Made by a program: the position numbers and the translations under genes. Below, piece by piece: positions 1 through 12,416 of a stretch of DNA of 64,000 bases. The number at the start of each line of letters is the position of its first letter. Position 1 is the first letter of the stretch. The notes beneath the pieces were generated by a model. That model was not told the DNA's origin. It did no database searches and saw only the letters and a list, made by a program, of their open reading frames with translations. This stretch comes from Octopus sinensis. Lineage: Eukaryota. The stretch spans positions 10,602,001-10,666,000 of the forward strand of contig NC_043009.1 of NCBI RefSeq assembly GCF_006345805.1. The letters are read 5' to 3'.

Positions 1-600
1 CCACACAGCCGTGCCTGCACCATGTGCGCACATTCAGCTGTGCATTCACACTGAAGTTCTTCCTTGGCCTTGAGGAGTTGTGTAGAATGTCTTCTGACTG
101 CTACCGAAACAACAACAATAACAACAACAACAGTGGAAGCAACAGGAAGAGAAAGCAAACTGTTCTTGTGATAAATGCATTGAGTGTTAGGGTAAAAAGC
201 TGTTCTTATCAGTAGTTTCCTCCCTTCCGTGATAAGCAATAACTCTCGTGTGCCGTTGCAATTGGTAATTGATATACAGTTTTAGATTGTTGATGTGCAC
301 TTGGTGAACAATGAAAATATGTAGCACACTTCTTGTGTGTCTGTGGGCCTCTTGTGAAAGTAATTATCTTGCTGAATGTTATTCTTGGTTTTTGAATTAC
401 GAGACGTGTTAGTGTATTGGAAAAAATGCCTTTACACCATTTGTTTCACTCCTCCTAATGTTCTGAGTTCAAAACTAGCTGAGGCCTGGCTTTGCCTTGT
501 AGTCTTTCGGAGTTTGTTAAAATGAAATACCAATCAAATACTTGAGTTTGGGGTATTTAATCACCCCTCAGCTTCACTCCCACAGCTCAGAGGTGCAACA

Positions 601-774
601 CTTTTCTCAACTCATGAGCTGTGTCCTAGCTTTGCCCTCTTTAAACTGGCCCTAAGGGCACTAATTACAATAGGTACCCATGCAAACACATTATATATGA
701 GCACTTCTCAATTCATGAGCTGTGTCTTAGTTTTGCTCTCTTTGAACTGGGCCTAAGGGCACAAGTCACAAAAG

Positions 775-778
<4 letters not shown>
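601..778. repeat. Diverged ~100 bp tandem duplication
   Basis: ttctcaa(c/t)tcatgagctgtgtc(c/t)tag...ctaagggcac occurs at ~601-680 and ~703-778. Confidence 0.7.
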
Positions 779-807
<29 letters not shown>

Positions 808-808
<1 letters not shown>

Positions 809-980
809 TATACATGATGGGTTTCCACAGAGTTTCTGTCTACCATATTTACTGACAAAGCATTGGTTGTCCCAGAGCTTTTCTAGAAAATTCTTGCCCA
901 AAGTACTGTACTGTAGGATTGACCCTGAGACCCCATGATAGAAAAGTGAGCTCCTTAACCACACAGCCATGCTTGCATCT
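808..980 (-). mobile_element. SINE family B, degraded 5' half
   Basis: Reverse complement of the B head (aaccacacagccatgcttgc) and the CORE-like cttgcccaa segment. Confidence 0.55.
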
Positions 981-1540
981 ATGTTAGAAATCATCGTCTT
1001 TTATATCAAGCTACTTTGCTTGGCTGCTAATGGTTACAAATAAATTTCCTTTTTAAATGGCTTTAATCTTTGGCTTTCTTCTCTCTTATCATTTCCATTC
1101 TCTTCACTTGTCTGTTGTTGTTGTTGTTGCTTCCTGTTTTGGTGAATTATCTTTTTTGTTTACTTTTTTTTTTTTTTCCACTTGTTTCTTTTTGGTATTG
1201 TTTCCACCTCTTTTATAGTTTATTGCCAACACAGAAACTAGCAGAAACATGCAAGGGGATGGATAGAGAAAAGTAACAGAACAAACCACCACCACCACTA
1301 CCACCAACCGCCGCTGCCACCACCATGACCACCACAAGGAAAGTGAAACTGAAAAGCCAGTGGAAAGAATACATGATGTATTGCTTATTTGGTTTTAAGA
1401 AGCATTGAGAAGTGAAGGGTGTATAGGTGTGTGTGTGTATGTATATATATATATATATAGACCGGAGTAAACACATAAATGTGAAACAAGGTGGAAAAAA
1501 GAGTACTCAAATACCAGTGGTAGAGTAATATGCTTTGCTG

Positions 1541-1850
<310 letters not shown>

Positions 1851-2008
1851 AGTTTATGCATAGGTAGGTTGGGGTAAAGGTTATCTACTGTCTGCTATTT
1901 CACTTAAAAGACCAACTCACACAAAATGGTTTCTTTGTATCTCTCATTTTCACTTTGAAATGCAATAATTTATTTTGGCCAGAAAAGTTACCTTTTTTGT
2001 ATATTTAA

Positions 2009-2047
<39 letters not shown>

Positions 2048-2385
2048 CACTGAAGTTAATTATTTAGGGAAACCATAAAGTTAGTGTCAATGCCTTCAGT
2101 GTAATGAACAGCAAAAATTTTAATTAGAAATACTAATTATAAACGCAGTTAAGAATCGAGAAACATTCAGTATGGGAGACAACTCTGGTTGTGTTTTAGT
2201 TTTAGGCTTCCTCCTCAGCAAAGCAGAAGGCGTCCTTACCAAAGTAACGATGAAGCAATTACTAATTAGATGTAATATATTGTAGATGTCTAAGTTTGAG
2301 AAATTAGATGCTTATGTAATTATTAAGTCTGAAGTGAGAGAAAGTTATTGAGCAAGACCCTTATAGCATATGTACTCGATATATT

Positions 2386-2801
2386 GGATCTTTTCAGTTT
2401 GAACGGCAGTTTTTTCTAGCAGTGTCATATGAAATTGTCACCCATAATTTTGATCCTAGTATCGATCTATTGCATTTCAATCTGTTCTAGGGTTAGAGTT
2501 TGGGGTGGGGGGAAGGGTATCTTTTTTTCTTCACAAATGTAAATAAACCCAATCTGTTTCTTAAACGAGGGACATATTCATACAGCATAGAATGTTTTCA
2601 CCTCAATAGACGTCATTGATTGGTTGAAATTGCAGAAATTGAAGAAAAAAAAACAACAAATATCTCACAAACTATAGAATTTTCTCAAGAAAGCCAAGAG
2701 AAATATGTTTAATAAACACATTCTACCAGTATACGAAGTTTAAAAGTGTTTAGTTATGTGGAAAATATTTTAAAAAACTGCCGTTCAAACCGAAAAGATC
2801 C
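2386..2801. mobile_element. MITE with 30-bp TIRs and 8-bp TSD (Merlin-like by its termini)
   Basis: TIR ggatcttttc(a/g)gtttgaacggcagtttttt at 2386-2415 and 2772-2801 with one mismatch. Perfect TSD gatatatt at 2378-2385 and 2802-2809. Confidence 0.88.
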
Positions 2802-3175
2802 GATATATTCTCTTCAAATTTCTAACACAAGAACAAGGGTAAAACCTCATTATTAGAGTGGTGCTTGACTTGTTTACCCCCGACTAGGTTGTTGGAAGAC
2901 AACATCAATCTGATTGGGGATAAGATTTGAAGTCAGAATGTAAATGTTGAAATCTCACTGGAGTAGACTTTGCTCTTTATCCATCTGTGGTCCATGACAG
3001 CGATGATGGTGTCTTGAATAATAAGAGAGCAACGCGATAATCATATTCATATCCAATCTCTTTCTCCTGTATACTTGAGTAAATTTATTACGATTAATTA
3101 AATGAAATGAATATTGATGATGTAAGTATTAGAAGAATCTTAAAAGTAATGCAATTGAGAAAGTTTTCCTTTAGT

Positions 3176-3392
3176 TTAAGCCTTTAGCATTCAAACTGGC
3201 CATATTCTGGTCCAAATATTTTACCTGTTTTATGTTAAAACTGGCCAGATCCAACCTATCACACCTACCCTACCATGTCATTCTAAAAGTAAACAATAAC
3301 ATCACTGAAACTCTGAAGCCATTAGGTAATACATGATTAATTCGAAACAGCATGAATAATTAAAGCATCATATTTGACCATAATCTGAATGC
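3176..3392. mobile_element. Possible decayed TTAA-type (piggyBac-like) MITE
   Basis: Begins ttaa-gcctttagcattc and ends ...gaatgc. The right TIR is incomplete. Confidence 0.3.
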
Positions 3393-3986
3393 ACAATAAA
3401 TTTTTCTTATTTTAACAACAGGAAAGAGGTGGGTTTGATGCACGATACATAGTTCTGTTGTATACGATATACATGATAAATATAATAAATTTTCCAACTT
3501 TCTCAATTTGATTAAAATTCAGATGTCCTTGTAAGTGAAATGAAAGAAGAAATATATATATATATGCACAAACACAAACAGCTATTAAATACTAAAATTT
3601 CAGAAACTTGACAATAAATCATATGTAAAATGAAGAAATGGTTGGGTTTTTGTTTTTTTTTCTCTAAAATACTATGAACCTATACACAAATTAATGGTAT
3701 TTTCCTATTATTGTTTTGGAATATAAGATGCATTTGGAAGTATTACTTATACTTAAGCTGGAATTTTAGTAAAGTTCTCTAACAAAATTTTGTGCTTTCA
3801 ATAGTTAAACATTTTCTAATATTCAAATTTTTGCAACTGTTACTTTTGAATTTTTTGCTGTTTGTTTTATCTTGTCTTATATTTTTTTACAATTGCTTGT
3901 GTTTTTATTAAACGTGTTTTACTTTGAGAAATAAAATTAAACATTTTCATATTCATAAAGCTGATCTTTATATGTATGTTTGATAT

Positions 3987-4050
<64 letters not shown>

Positions 4051-4051
4051 A

Positions 4052-4235
4052 CAGGGTGAACCAAAAGTCACACACCAAAACATTTAATTTATATTGTTAT
4101 CATTATTATTTGTTTTGTTCATCACATGCAAGTACATGTGTATTCATCTATATAATTTTAGAAAAATTGAAGCATGTCTTTGACCATTCTGGAGCATATT
4201 GAGCTTATTTTGTGTGAGACTTTTGGCCCACCCCG
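4052..4235. mobile_element. Tc1/mariner-type MITE
   Basis: 24-bp TIRs (cagggtgaaccaaaagtcacacac vs cggggtgggccaaaagtctcacac, 20/24 match), sitting in TA-rich sequence with TA on the right. Confidence 0.7.
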
Positions 4236-4243
4236 TATATTAT

Positions 4244-4293
<50 letters not shown>

Positions 4294-5116
4294 TATGTGT
4301 GTATGTATGATTCTGCTCCTTAGTCCTTGATGCTATGGAAGCAGAAAAGATCCACGCTCCTATAAATTCATTTCTATTTTATTCTATCTCCATGTCAGTC
4401 TTGTCCAATATTCAGTTTGACATACACAATAATGTCAGTGTCTACAGATGTGTATGTTCATAAGAATGTATGTCTTAATTTTTTAAAATTTCCTCCTCTA
4501 TTGTTTAAATCTGTACAATTTTGCAAAATCTTAATCTCCAAGAACCCCTAAATTTTATGGCTTGAAATAGAAAATTTTCAAAAACAAATAATAGAAATTC
4601 CAATCCTTTTTATTTTTTGCACATACAATATAAATATGAATTTTGTGGATTTACCAAAGGAATTTCAACACCTTTGTTACTTTACACCTGTCACAATCTC
4701 ATACCTTTATCTTAATGCTAGCACCACACAACCCTTTCTTCAAACCTGAACAATAATCCGTAACTCTAAACCATCATTAATCATAATCTTGAACCCTAAA
4801 TTAACTCCTTACCCATTTCTAATTAATCTTCTAACCCATAATATCTAACAAAATGCAATGAATTTTATTGAATATTTTTGCTAAATGAATCAAATCTATT
4901 ATTTGTTTTGAATAAAATATAGAAAGCTACAGGGTGAAGTGCTTTCAAAATTCTGGCTTATGTTGTGTTTGAATTATTTTGAGCTTAGGGATGTATGCAT
5001 CCTTGCTATAAAATTACCTGAGTGTGTTGTATATGATATAGCACTGACTGCAAATGTTCTTCACATGTTTAAACTCATTATTACTTAATCATTTTTATCA
5101 TTATTAATATCAATAA

Positions 5117-5541
5117 AGCAGCAAGCTGCAGAATTATTGGCGCATTGGATGAAATGCTTATCAATATTTCTTCTGGCTCTGTTTTAAGTTCAAATTCTGC
5201 CCAAGTTGATTTTGCCTTTCTTCCTTTCAAGGTTCATAAAATAAATGATCAACTGAGACATTTCCCTCTAAAACTGCTGGCTTTGTGCCTAAAGCTGCAA
5301 CTAATATTATTACTGATATGAATAAGGGGGTGAGCTGACAATTGTTAGCAGGCTAAGTGAAATGCTTAGTGACCTTTTGTCTGTCTTTACATTCTGAGTT
5401 CAAATTCCACCTAGATTGACTTTGCTTTTCATCCTTTAGGGTTACTAAAATACCAGTTGTAGCACTGGGGTCAATGAAATCGAAGTACTCCTTTCCTCTA
5501 AAATTGCTGGCCTTGTGCCTAAAGTTGAAACCAATATTATT
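5117..5541 (+). mobile_element. Two old tandem copies of SINE family A (older 3' tail variant)
   Basis: Degenerate gagctg-cagaat...gagttcaaatt...ttgcctttcatccttt core and tail aaattgctggccttgtgcctaaa, present twice. Confidence 0.6.
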
Positions 5542-5726
5542 GATATCGATAAGTAATTCCAATTGCAGCCAAATATCCTTGTAATATCACATTCCTATAC
5601 TAAGCAAAACAGAATATTTTAGATTTTTATTATTTTAGAAGTTCTCCTGGGGCCACAAGCTACAGTAACATCCACCCTTAGTGGTTAGCCATATTTAGAT
5701 GGCAAATATACTTCACATTGTCGTGC

Positions 5727-6022
5727 TGTTACTGTCTATACCTCGTTCAGAGATTTATTATTGCTTGTTTACACTTTTTCAAGATCAGTGACGAAAAGTC
5801 ACTGGAAAAAGGATATGTGTATTTGCATTGGGACCCCTTTCATCGAAAACCAGTGATTGTCGTGCGCTGATGACGGGTCAATACCCAGAAATTCGAGTCC
5901 GTGCATATCACGTAGATTGACGATGGGAAGGATGGCTTCCCTTTGCAAATACCGATAGGGCACAGAAAGTGTGTCAATAGCTAGCATGAGATGTTCTCCT
6001 GGGGCCACAAGCTACAGTAACA
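5727..6022 (-). mobile_element. Solo-LTR-like segment inside a 352-bp-period duplication
   Basis: 296 bp bounded by TGTTACTGT...ACAGTAACA. On the minus strand it is preceded by purine-rich AAGGGTGGA and contains AATAAA near its 3' end. There is a 71-bp exact direct repeat at 5641-5711 and 5993-6063. Confidence 0.5.
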
Positions 6023-6192
6023 TCCACCCTTAGTGGTTAGCCATATTTAGATGGCAAATATACGTTACAATATTTTAGATCTTTGTGATAAATTCACACC
6101 TTCCCCTATTTAACAATAACACAAAAATAAACTGTAATTACATGTAAAAACTACTACATATGACTAACATCAACATAAGAAACCAACAGCAT

Positions 6193-6345
6193 AGGTGCAG
6201 GCGTGGCTGTGTGGTAAGAAGCTTGCTTTCCAACAAAATGGTTGCAGGTTCAGTTTCACTGCATGGCACTTTGGGCAAATAGCATTGGGCCGATCAAAGC
6301 CTTGTGAGTGGATTTGATAGATGGAAACTGAAAGAAGCCCATCGT
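6193..6345 (+). mobile_element. SINE family B, 5' half
   Basis: ggtgcaggcgtggctgtgtggtaagaagcttgc...ttgggcaaa...gaaactgaaagaagccc. Confidence 0.75.
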
Positions 6346-6364
6346 GTGTGTGTTTATATATATT

Positions 6365-6659
6365 ACAGCGATCTCCGTGACCGACCAGGCTATCAGATGT
6401 TGCTACACATCGCTGGTCACAATGCGCTTCGCATTGTTTTAGCCTTCAAATGATGCCACCCCACTGGATAAGCGAGCAGGCCAACAGAAGAAAGATCGAG
6501 AGAAAGTTGTGGCGAAAGAGTACAGCAGGGATCGCCACCACCCCCTGCCGGAGCCTCGTGGAGCTTTAGATGTTTTCGCTCAACAAACACTCACAACGCC
6601 CGGTCTGGGAATCGAAACCTTCGACCGCTAGTCCGCTGCCCTAACCACTGCACCTCCAC
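6365..6659 (-). mobile_element. SINE with family C head and an alternative 3' tail
   Basis: 6500-6659 matches the C head of 20400-20785. 6365-6495 is unrelated to the C tail. Confidence 0.7.
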
Positions 6660-6914
6660 GCATGTATATATATATATATATAATTTGATCAATTACTCAC
6701 TTGTTTCTGTATGCTTCCACACCCTTTATGCAATTACCGACTTTTTTTTTACTTGATAATCTGTACCATTAATACGTGTGTGTGTGGATTCATCCAATAC
6801 ATTTGAATAGACATTCTGGAATGTTTACCAGCTGCTGTCTGTCGATTTTATATCCTCCCCACTTTCTTATTTGCCTTATACACACACACACACATATATA
6901 TATATACATATAAA

Positions 6915-7329
6915 GGCGGCGAGCTGGCAGAATCGTTAGTACGCCGGACGAAATGCTTAGCGGTATTTCGTCTGCCGTTACGTTGTAAGTTCAAATTCCG
7001 CCGAGGTCGACTTTGCCTTTCATCCTTTCGGGGTCGATAAATTAAGTACCAGTTAAGCACTGGGGTCGATATAATCGACTTAATACCTATGTCTGTCCAT
7101 GTTTGTCCCCTCTATGTTCAGCCCCTTGTGGGTAATAAAGAAATAGGTATTTCGTCTGCCACTACGTTCTGAGTTCAAATTCCGCCGAGGTCGACCTTGC
7201 CTTTCATCCTTTCGGGGTCGATAAATTAAGTACCAGTTACGCACTGGGGTCGATATAATCGACTTAATCCGTTTGTCTGTCCTTGTTTGTCCCGTCTGTG
7301 TTTAGCCCCTTGTGGGTAGTAAAGAAATA
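6915..7329 (+). mobile_element. SINE family A, head plus tandem second unit
   Basis: tRNA-like head ggcggcgagctggcagaatcgttag, B-box-like gagttcaaattcc, core gcctttcatcctttcggggtcgataaattaagtacc. The second unit restarts at ggtatttcgtctgcc (7146). Confidence 0.85.
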
Positions 7330-9859
7330 TATAATATTCCTTTCTACTATAGGCACAAGGCCTGAAATTTTGGGGGAAGGAGGCTAGTAGATTACATCGA
7401 ACCCCAGTGTTCGACTCATACGACCGTATGCTTAGGGTATTGGGTTCACGAATATAAACTCGTAGGTTCGATTCCTGGACCGGTTGGCAAGTTGCCTCGA
7501 ATAGCAATGTTATCAAATTTTCGGTTGTGGACTGAAAGAAGATTGGGCTTGAAGAAGTTTTCCCTCGTTGTCTCTAAAATTCATTACATTGTGTACAATG
7601 TTTTAATTCTTTAAAACTTTGTTCAACCTTTGCCTTTCATCTTTCCATGGTCAATAAATTAAACATCGATCTAGGAAATGGCAGCCTCGCTTACAACCGT
7701 TTCATTCATTACTGATCGAGGTGAACCCGGTACACAATTGCGAACCATCTTACGATGTCAGATTGTTCTGTGATAACAAGATTATACTTCTATCGCAAAA
7801 ACGTACCCTAAACATCACTCACAATGCTCAGGTACCCAGAATGAATTGATTCTCGGTTGTACTTACACGTCCGTGCTGGGTGGCTGTGTTTTATGCGTAT
7901 TGACGTACGTACTCGTCCCCATCAAGGGACCAGTGAACAGAACATAGGAAGGCATTTTATTCTAATAAAGTGTATTCTCTGCAGGAAACGGTTGAGGTGA
8001 TCAAGGAAATACGTGACGGTGGAAGCTTCGATACTGTGGGTCGCGAGTTTTGTGTCAAAGGGTCTGTCATTGGTTCCATTTACAAAAGCGTGTGATGATT
8101 CGTTTATCACTTCTTTTTAAAGCTAAACCCGTGTGATAAACGAGGATAGATGCACTGGAGTAATCATAATTAACTATGCTCTTCTCTCAAGTGCTTGACC
8201 TTCTACATATGTTAGAAACCAATTTGGAGAAACAAGAAAACGAAAACAAGATTTGTGTAGGAGATCAAACGCAGGAGATAACAGAAAGTGAAAGACAAAG
8301 GAACGAAACAGCTGGGTTGACAATAAGTGGTAAGTGAAGCAATATTTGAATTGTGGGAGGCAGCAAAGAAATTAAGAAGTTGTTGCTGTTGGTGTGATTG
8401 AGTGTGTTACGCTTTAGTTTCAAAGGAAACAGCAAGACTCTTCTGTTGAACAATGGTTTGTATAGCCATTTTGTTAACGATGAAGGAAGTCACCATTGAG
8501 TTGTTGCTTATCAGAGTGTCAATCTGCAAAGAGATAACTTAGTATCTCATTGCTTGTTGCTGTCAGCATTATGTCTTTTGTTCGAAAAATTGACCAGGGT
8601 GTAATATAAGGCAGGATACAGGAAACTGTAAGTGTTACAATATAATTTAGTTTTCCTTGAGAGAATAATGTATTTAAACCTCCTAATAGACTAATTTCCG
8701 TTGTGGCATTTTATTGTGTCTACGATCAAGACAATTAATTTCAAAATTCAACAGCCTTCGAGAGAAAGCACCTGATCTGCCAGTGGCATCTGTTATAGAG
8801 TTCGGGGGGGTGGGGGGATTTGTATTCTTTCCTTCTTAATGGGTTAATCAGAGGAAGAAGGGCAAGGCCCATGTTTATTTTCAGAGCCTTCGACGTTGGT
8901 AGAGGGAAAGGGTAAAGCTATCAGAGAGACCTGGTTCGATTGTCTTGAACAGAGTGAATTCCTCTAAAGACACCCAGGGACCAGCTGATGGTAATAAATA
9001 TGGCAACGGATTAAGTTTGTCGCCCATGAAAAGAAACAGTCTAAGCTTCCACACTCAAAAATGTTTTGGTCGATCCGAGGTTATGGTAGAAGACACATGC
9101 CCAAGGTTCCGTACCGTGGAATTGAACCCGAAATCATGTAGTTACAAAGCAAATATCTTAAACACAGTCATGTCTAATCTGTTTTAGCTAGCTGTAGGGA
9201 ATAATATTTATAAAATCTTACTACTTTAAAGGAGGAAATTGGTTCAGCGTTCTGTAATTTCTACCACTACGCTACTTTCAGTCGCTAAGTAAATAATAAT
9301 TTCTTCTAGGGAAAACAAGATCACAGATTTATAAAGGAAGTGGACTCCACTTCCTTTGGTATATCGATGGTGCTTATTTTATTGATATTCGTTAAAACTG
9401 TTCTTATACTCTGTACCGCCCTTTTCATTAACGGAAGAATCTCTGTACGATCGTTTAACCTGTTTGTAACAAAAGCTAAATAACCCTCAGGTCTAATCTT
9501 ATTGTCTTTATAAAAGTAACCAGTGATACAGTCCTAGCTATACTGTGTACAGATAAAGAAAAGAAGAGATAAGTGAAGGTCATGAACAAGTCATCTTTGA
9601 TCATTGATCTGTTCAATCAGGGCTGACCAGAGACTAAACGAGTTAAGTATTAAGATCGTTAATAATAATTCTCTAAGACGAAAAGAGTGGGAAAATGAAA
9701 GGAATACGAAGCGCATCTTAAATCAACTCAATAAAACAATCGGCTGTCGTTTTTTTAACCCTGAGTAAGCTCTGAATGAACAAAACTGTGATCAACGAAG
9801 TTCCATCCTTAGCCATTGTATCTGTTCTTTCATTTATAAAAAAAAAAAATTCAGACATA

Positions 9860-10055
9860 GGCGCTGGTGTGGCTGTGTGGTACGAAGCTTGCTTCTCAGC
9901 GATATGGTTCTGAGTTCAGTCCCACTGCATGGCATCTTGGGCAAGTGTCTTCTACTATAGGTCCGAGCCGACCAAAGACATGTAAGTGGATTTGATAGAC
10001 AGAAACTTAAAGAAGCCCGTCGTATATATATATATATGTATATATATGTATATAT

Positions 10056-10098
<43 letters not shown>

Positions 10099-10227
10099 AT
10101 ATATGTATGTATGTATATATATGTATATATGTATATATATGTATATATATATGTATGTATGTATATATATGTATATATATATGTATGTATGTATGTATAT
10201 ATATGTATGTATGTATGTATATATATG

Positions 10228-10258
<31 letters not shown>

Positions 10259-10291
10259 GTATGTATATATATGTATATATATGTATGTATA

Positions 10292-10342
<51 letters not shown>

Positions 10343-10537
10343 TTGTGTCTGTCCCCCCCTTGACAATCGGTGTTGGTGCGTTTACGTTCCCTGGCAAAAA
10401 GAGACTGATAGAATAAGTACTAAGCTAAAAGAAAAACAAATACTGGGGTCGATACATTCCACTAAAAGTTCTTCAAGTTGGTGCCCCAGCATGGCCGCAG
10501 TCAAACGAGTGAAACAGGCAAAAGATAAAAGATAAAA
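9860..10537 (+). mobile_element. Full SINE family B with ~325 bp internal (TA/TATG)n expansion
   Basis: Head and CORE-like segment 9860-10021, microsatellite 10022-10345, 3' half ending cagcatggccgcagtc...gtgaaacaggcaaaagataaaaga. Confidence 0.85.
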
Positions 10538-11232
10538 CACGTTTCTAGAAAACATTATCTCTGTGCTCGATCTGAAGTTCTTGTTTGTTATTCCTTTGCC
10601 CCTAGCGAGGTCTGCATGAGAAGAGCTATGATCAACAGAACTCCAGCTATGACCATCACATCCTACTTTCAGGCATTGTGGGTAGAACTGTATTGTCCAT
10701 GTTTTCGTTTAAAGACAGCAGTTTGAGCAGGCCAGATAAAAGCCAACTGATATCCCGGGCCTATATGAGCAACCTTTTCCGAGAAGCGGGCCGCATACAG
10801 ACATGACTCATTATCAGATGGGCTGCATTAATAAAACAATTTCAAGAAAATTTTTCGTTTGTTGTGCCATTTAGAAAGTCTTGCGGGCTGCAGGTTGCTC
10901 ATGGCTGACCTAACCCAGCAACGGTACTCCATCGACCCTTCCATTGTCAATCTGATAAGGCATCAAGATTCCTCAAATACTGAATGTCAAATAATAGATT
11001 AAAAAATTCAGTTTTTTCCTCCAGACTAAACTCAAGTATGTTACACAATCACTATAGTAATAAAAGAGAAATTCTGTCTGTCCGTCTGAGCCCCCTGCCT
11101 CTCAGTCTACATTTGCTCTACATAGATCCTTTTGGAATCAAGATGATCTCACGATTGAAAATCTGCCCTTCATTTGGTTCTTGAACATCCAGCATTTGGA
11201 TATGATTTAAAAGTATATTGGGTTGCTGTTTC

Positions 11233-11751
11233 TTATTTCTTTACTGCCCACAAGGGGATAAACACAGAGGGGACAAACAAGGACACACACAGGGATTATA
11301 TCGATTATATCGACCTTAGTGCGTAACTAGTACTTATTTAATCGACCCCGAAAGGATGAAAAGCAAAGTCGACCTCGGCGGAATTTGAACTCACAACGTA
11401 GTGGCAGAAGAAATACCTATTTCTTTACTACCCACTAGGGGCTAAACACAGAGAGGACAGACAAACGGATTAGGTCGATTATATCGACCCCAGTGCGTAA
11501 CTGGTACTTAGTTTATCGACCCCGAAAGGATGAAGGGCAAAGTCGGCTTCGGTGGAATTTGAACTCAGAACGTAACGGCAGACGAAATACCTATTTTTGT
11601 ACTACCCACAAGGGGCTAAACACAGAGAGGACAGACAAAAGGATTAAGTCGATTATATCGACCACAGTGCGTAACTGGTACTTAGTTTATCGACCCCGAA
11701 AGGATGAAGGGCAAAGTCGGCTTCGGTGGAATTTGAACTCAGAACGTAGCG
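11233..11751 (-). mobile_element. Head-less tandem trimer of SINE family A
   Basis: Three ~175-185 bp units with junctions at 11417/11418 and 11591/11592. Confidence 0.85.
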
Positions 11752-11970
11752 ATAGGGAAAGCGGCAGAAATATAACTGATCTGGAACAGAGAATAAAATG
11801 TGTGATAATATTGGTGAAACTTTATGAATTGGTCGGAAAAGAAAGTAAGACTTTGTTATTTTAGATTAGATACAGATGTAAATGACTTTTGAGCGGATGG
11901 TTGTATGGAAAAGAATTTGCAGGTAATTTCTGTTCTAATGAATTAATAGAGAACATTTACTAGAAATATA

Positions 11971-12066
11971 TTTATTTTATTAATTCAAACAGATTTACTG
12001 ATATTTCTTTCGATGATGGTGATACAATTAACCTCAGCTCCGATGCTTATTTGTTGAGAATTTATT
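11971..12066 (-). promoter_or_regulatory. Candidate polyadenylation signals of the DSL-mucin gene
   Basis: AATAAA on the minus strand at 12061-12066 and twice within 11971-11981, ~350-450 nt past the stop codon. Confidence 0.35.
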
Positions 12067-12416
12067 TCTTGTCTAGGTCTCCCTCATTTATAGTAGCTTC
12101 TGCATGCTTGACAATAAACTTCTCATTTTGTGTGTATTCGTGTGTGTGTATCTCTTCGATTTTCTTCTCTCTGTGCATATATCTCTTCGACCTTTTTCAC
12201 TCTTGAATAAAACATTTAACTATTTTTGTGCCACTGTTAAATCTTGGTAATAGAATATTTGTGGAAAGCTAAATCTTTAAATTATAGAGCGTTCCAAGGT
12301 ATAAATATTCTGACTCCAATCCGAAGCTATATAAATACACTAGCATAGGTGCTTCACCAAAAGTGAGGAAAACTGGTCCAATGCCGACTTTGTCAAGATG
12401 GTGGGTTGTTTGTAAG

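Noticed and set aside
11233-11751. Regularly spaced repeats suggestive of a CRISPR array or satellite
   Set aside because: The context is eukaryotic, the units are SINE monomers and there are no unique spacers.
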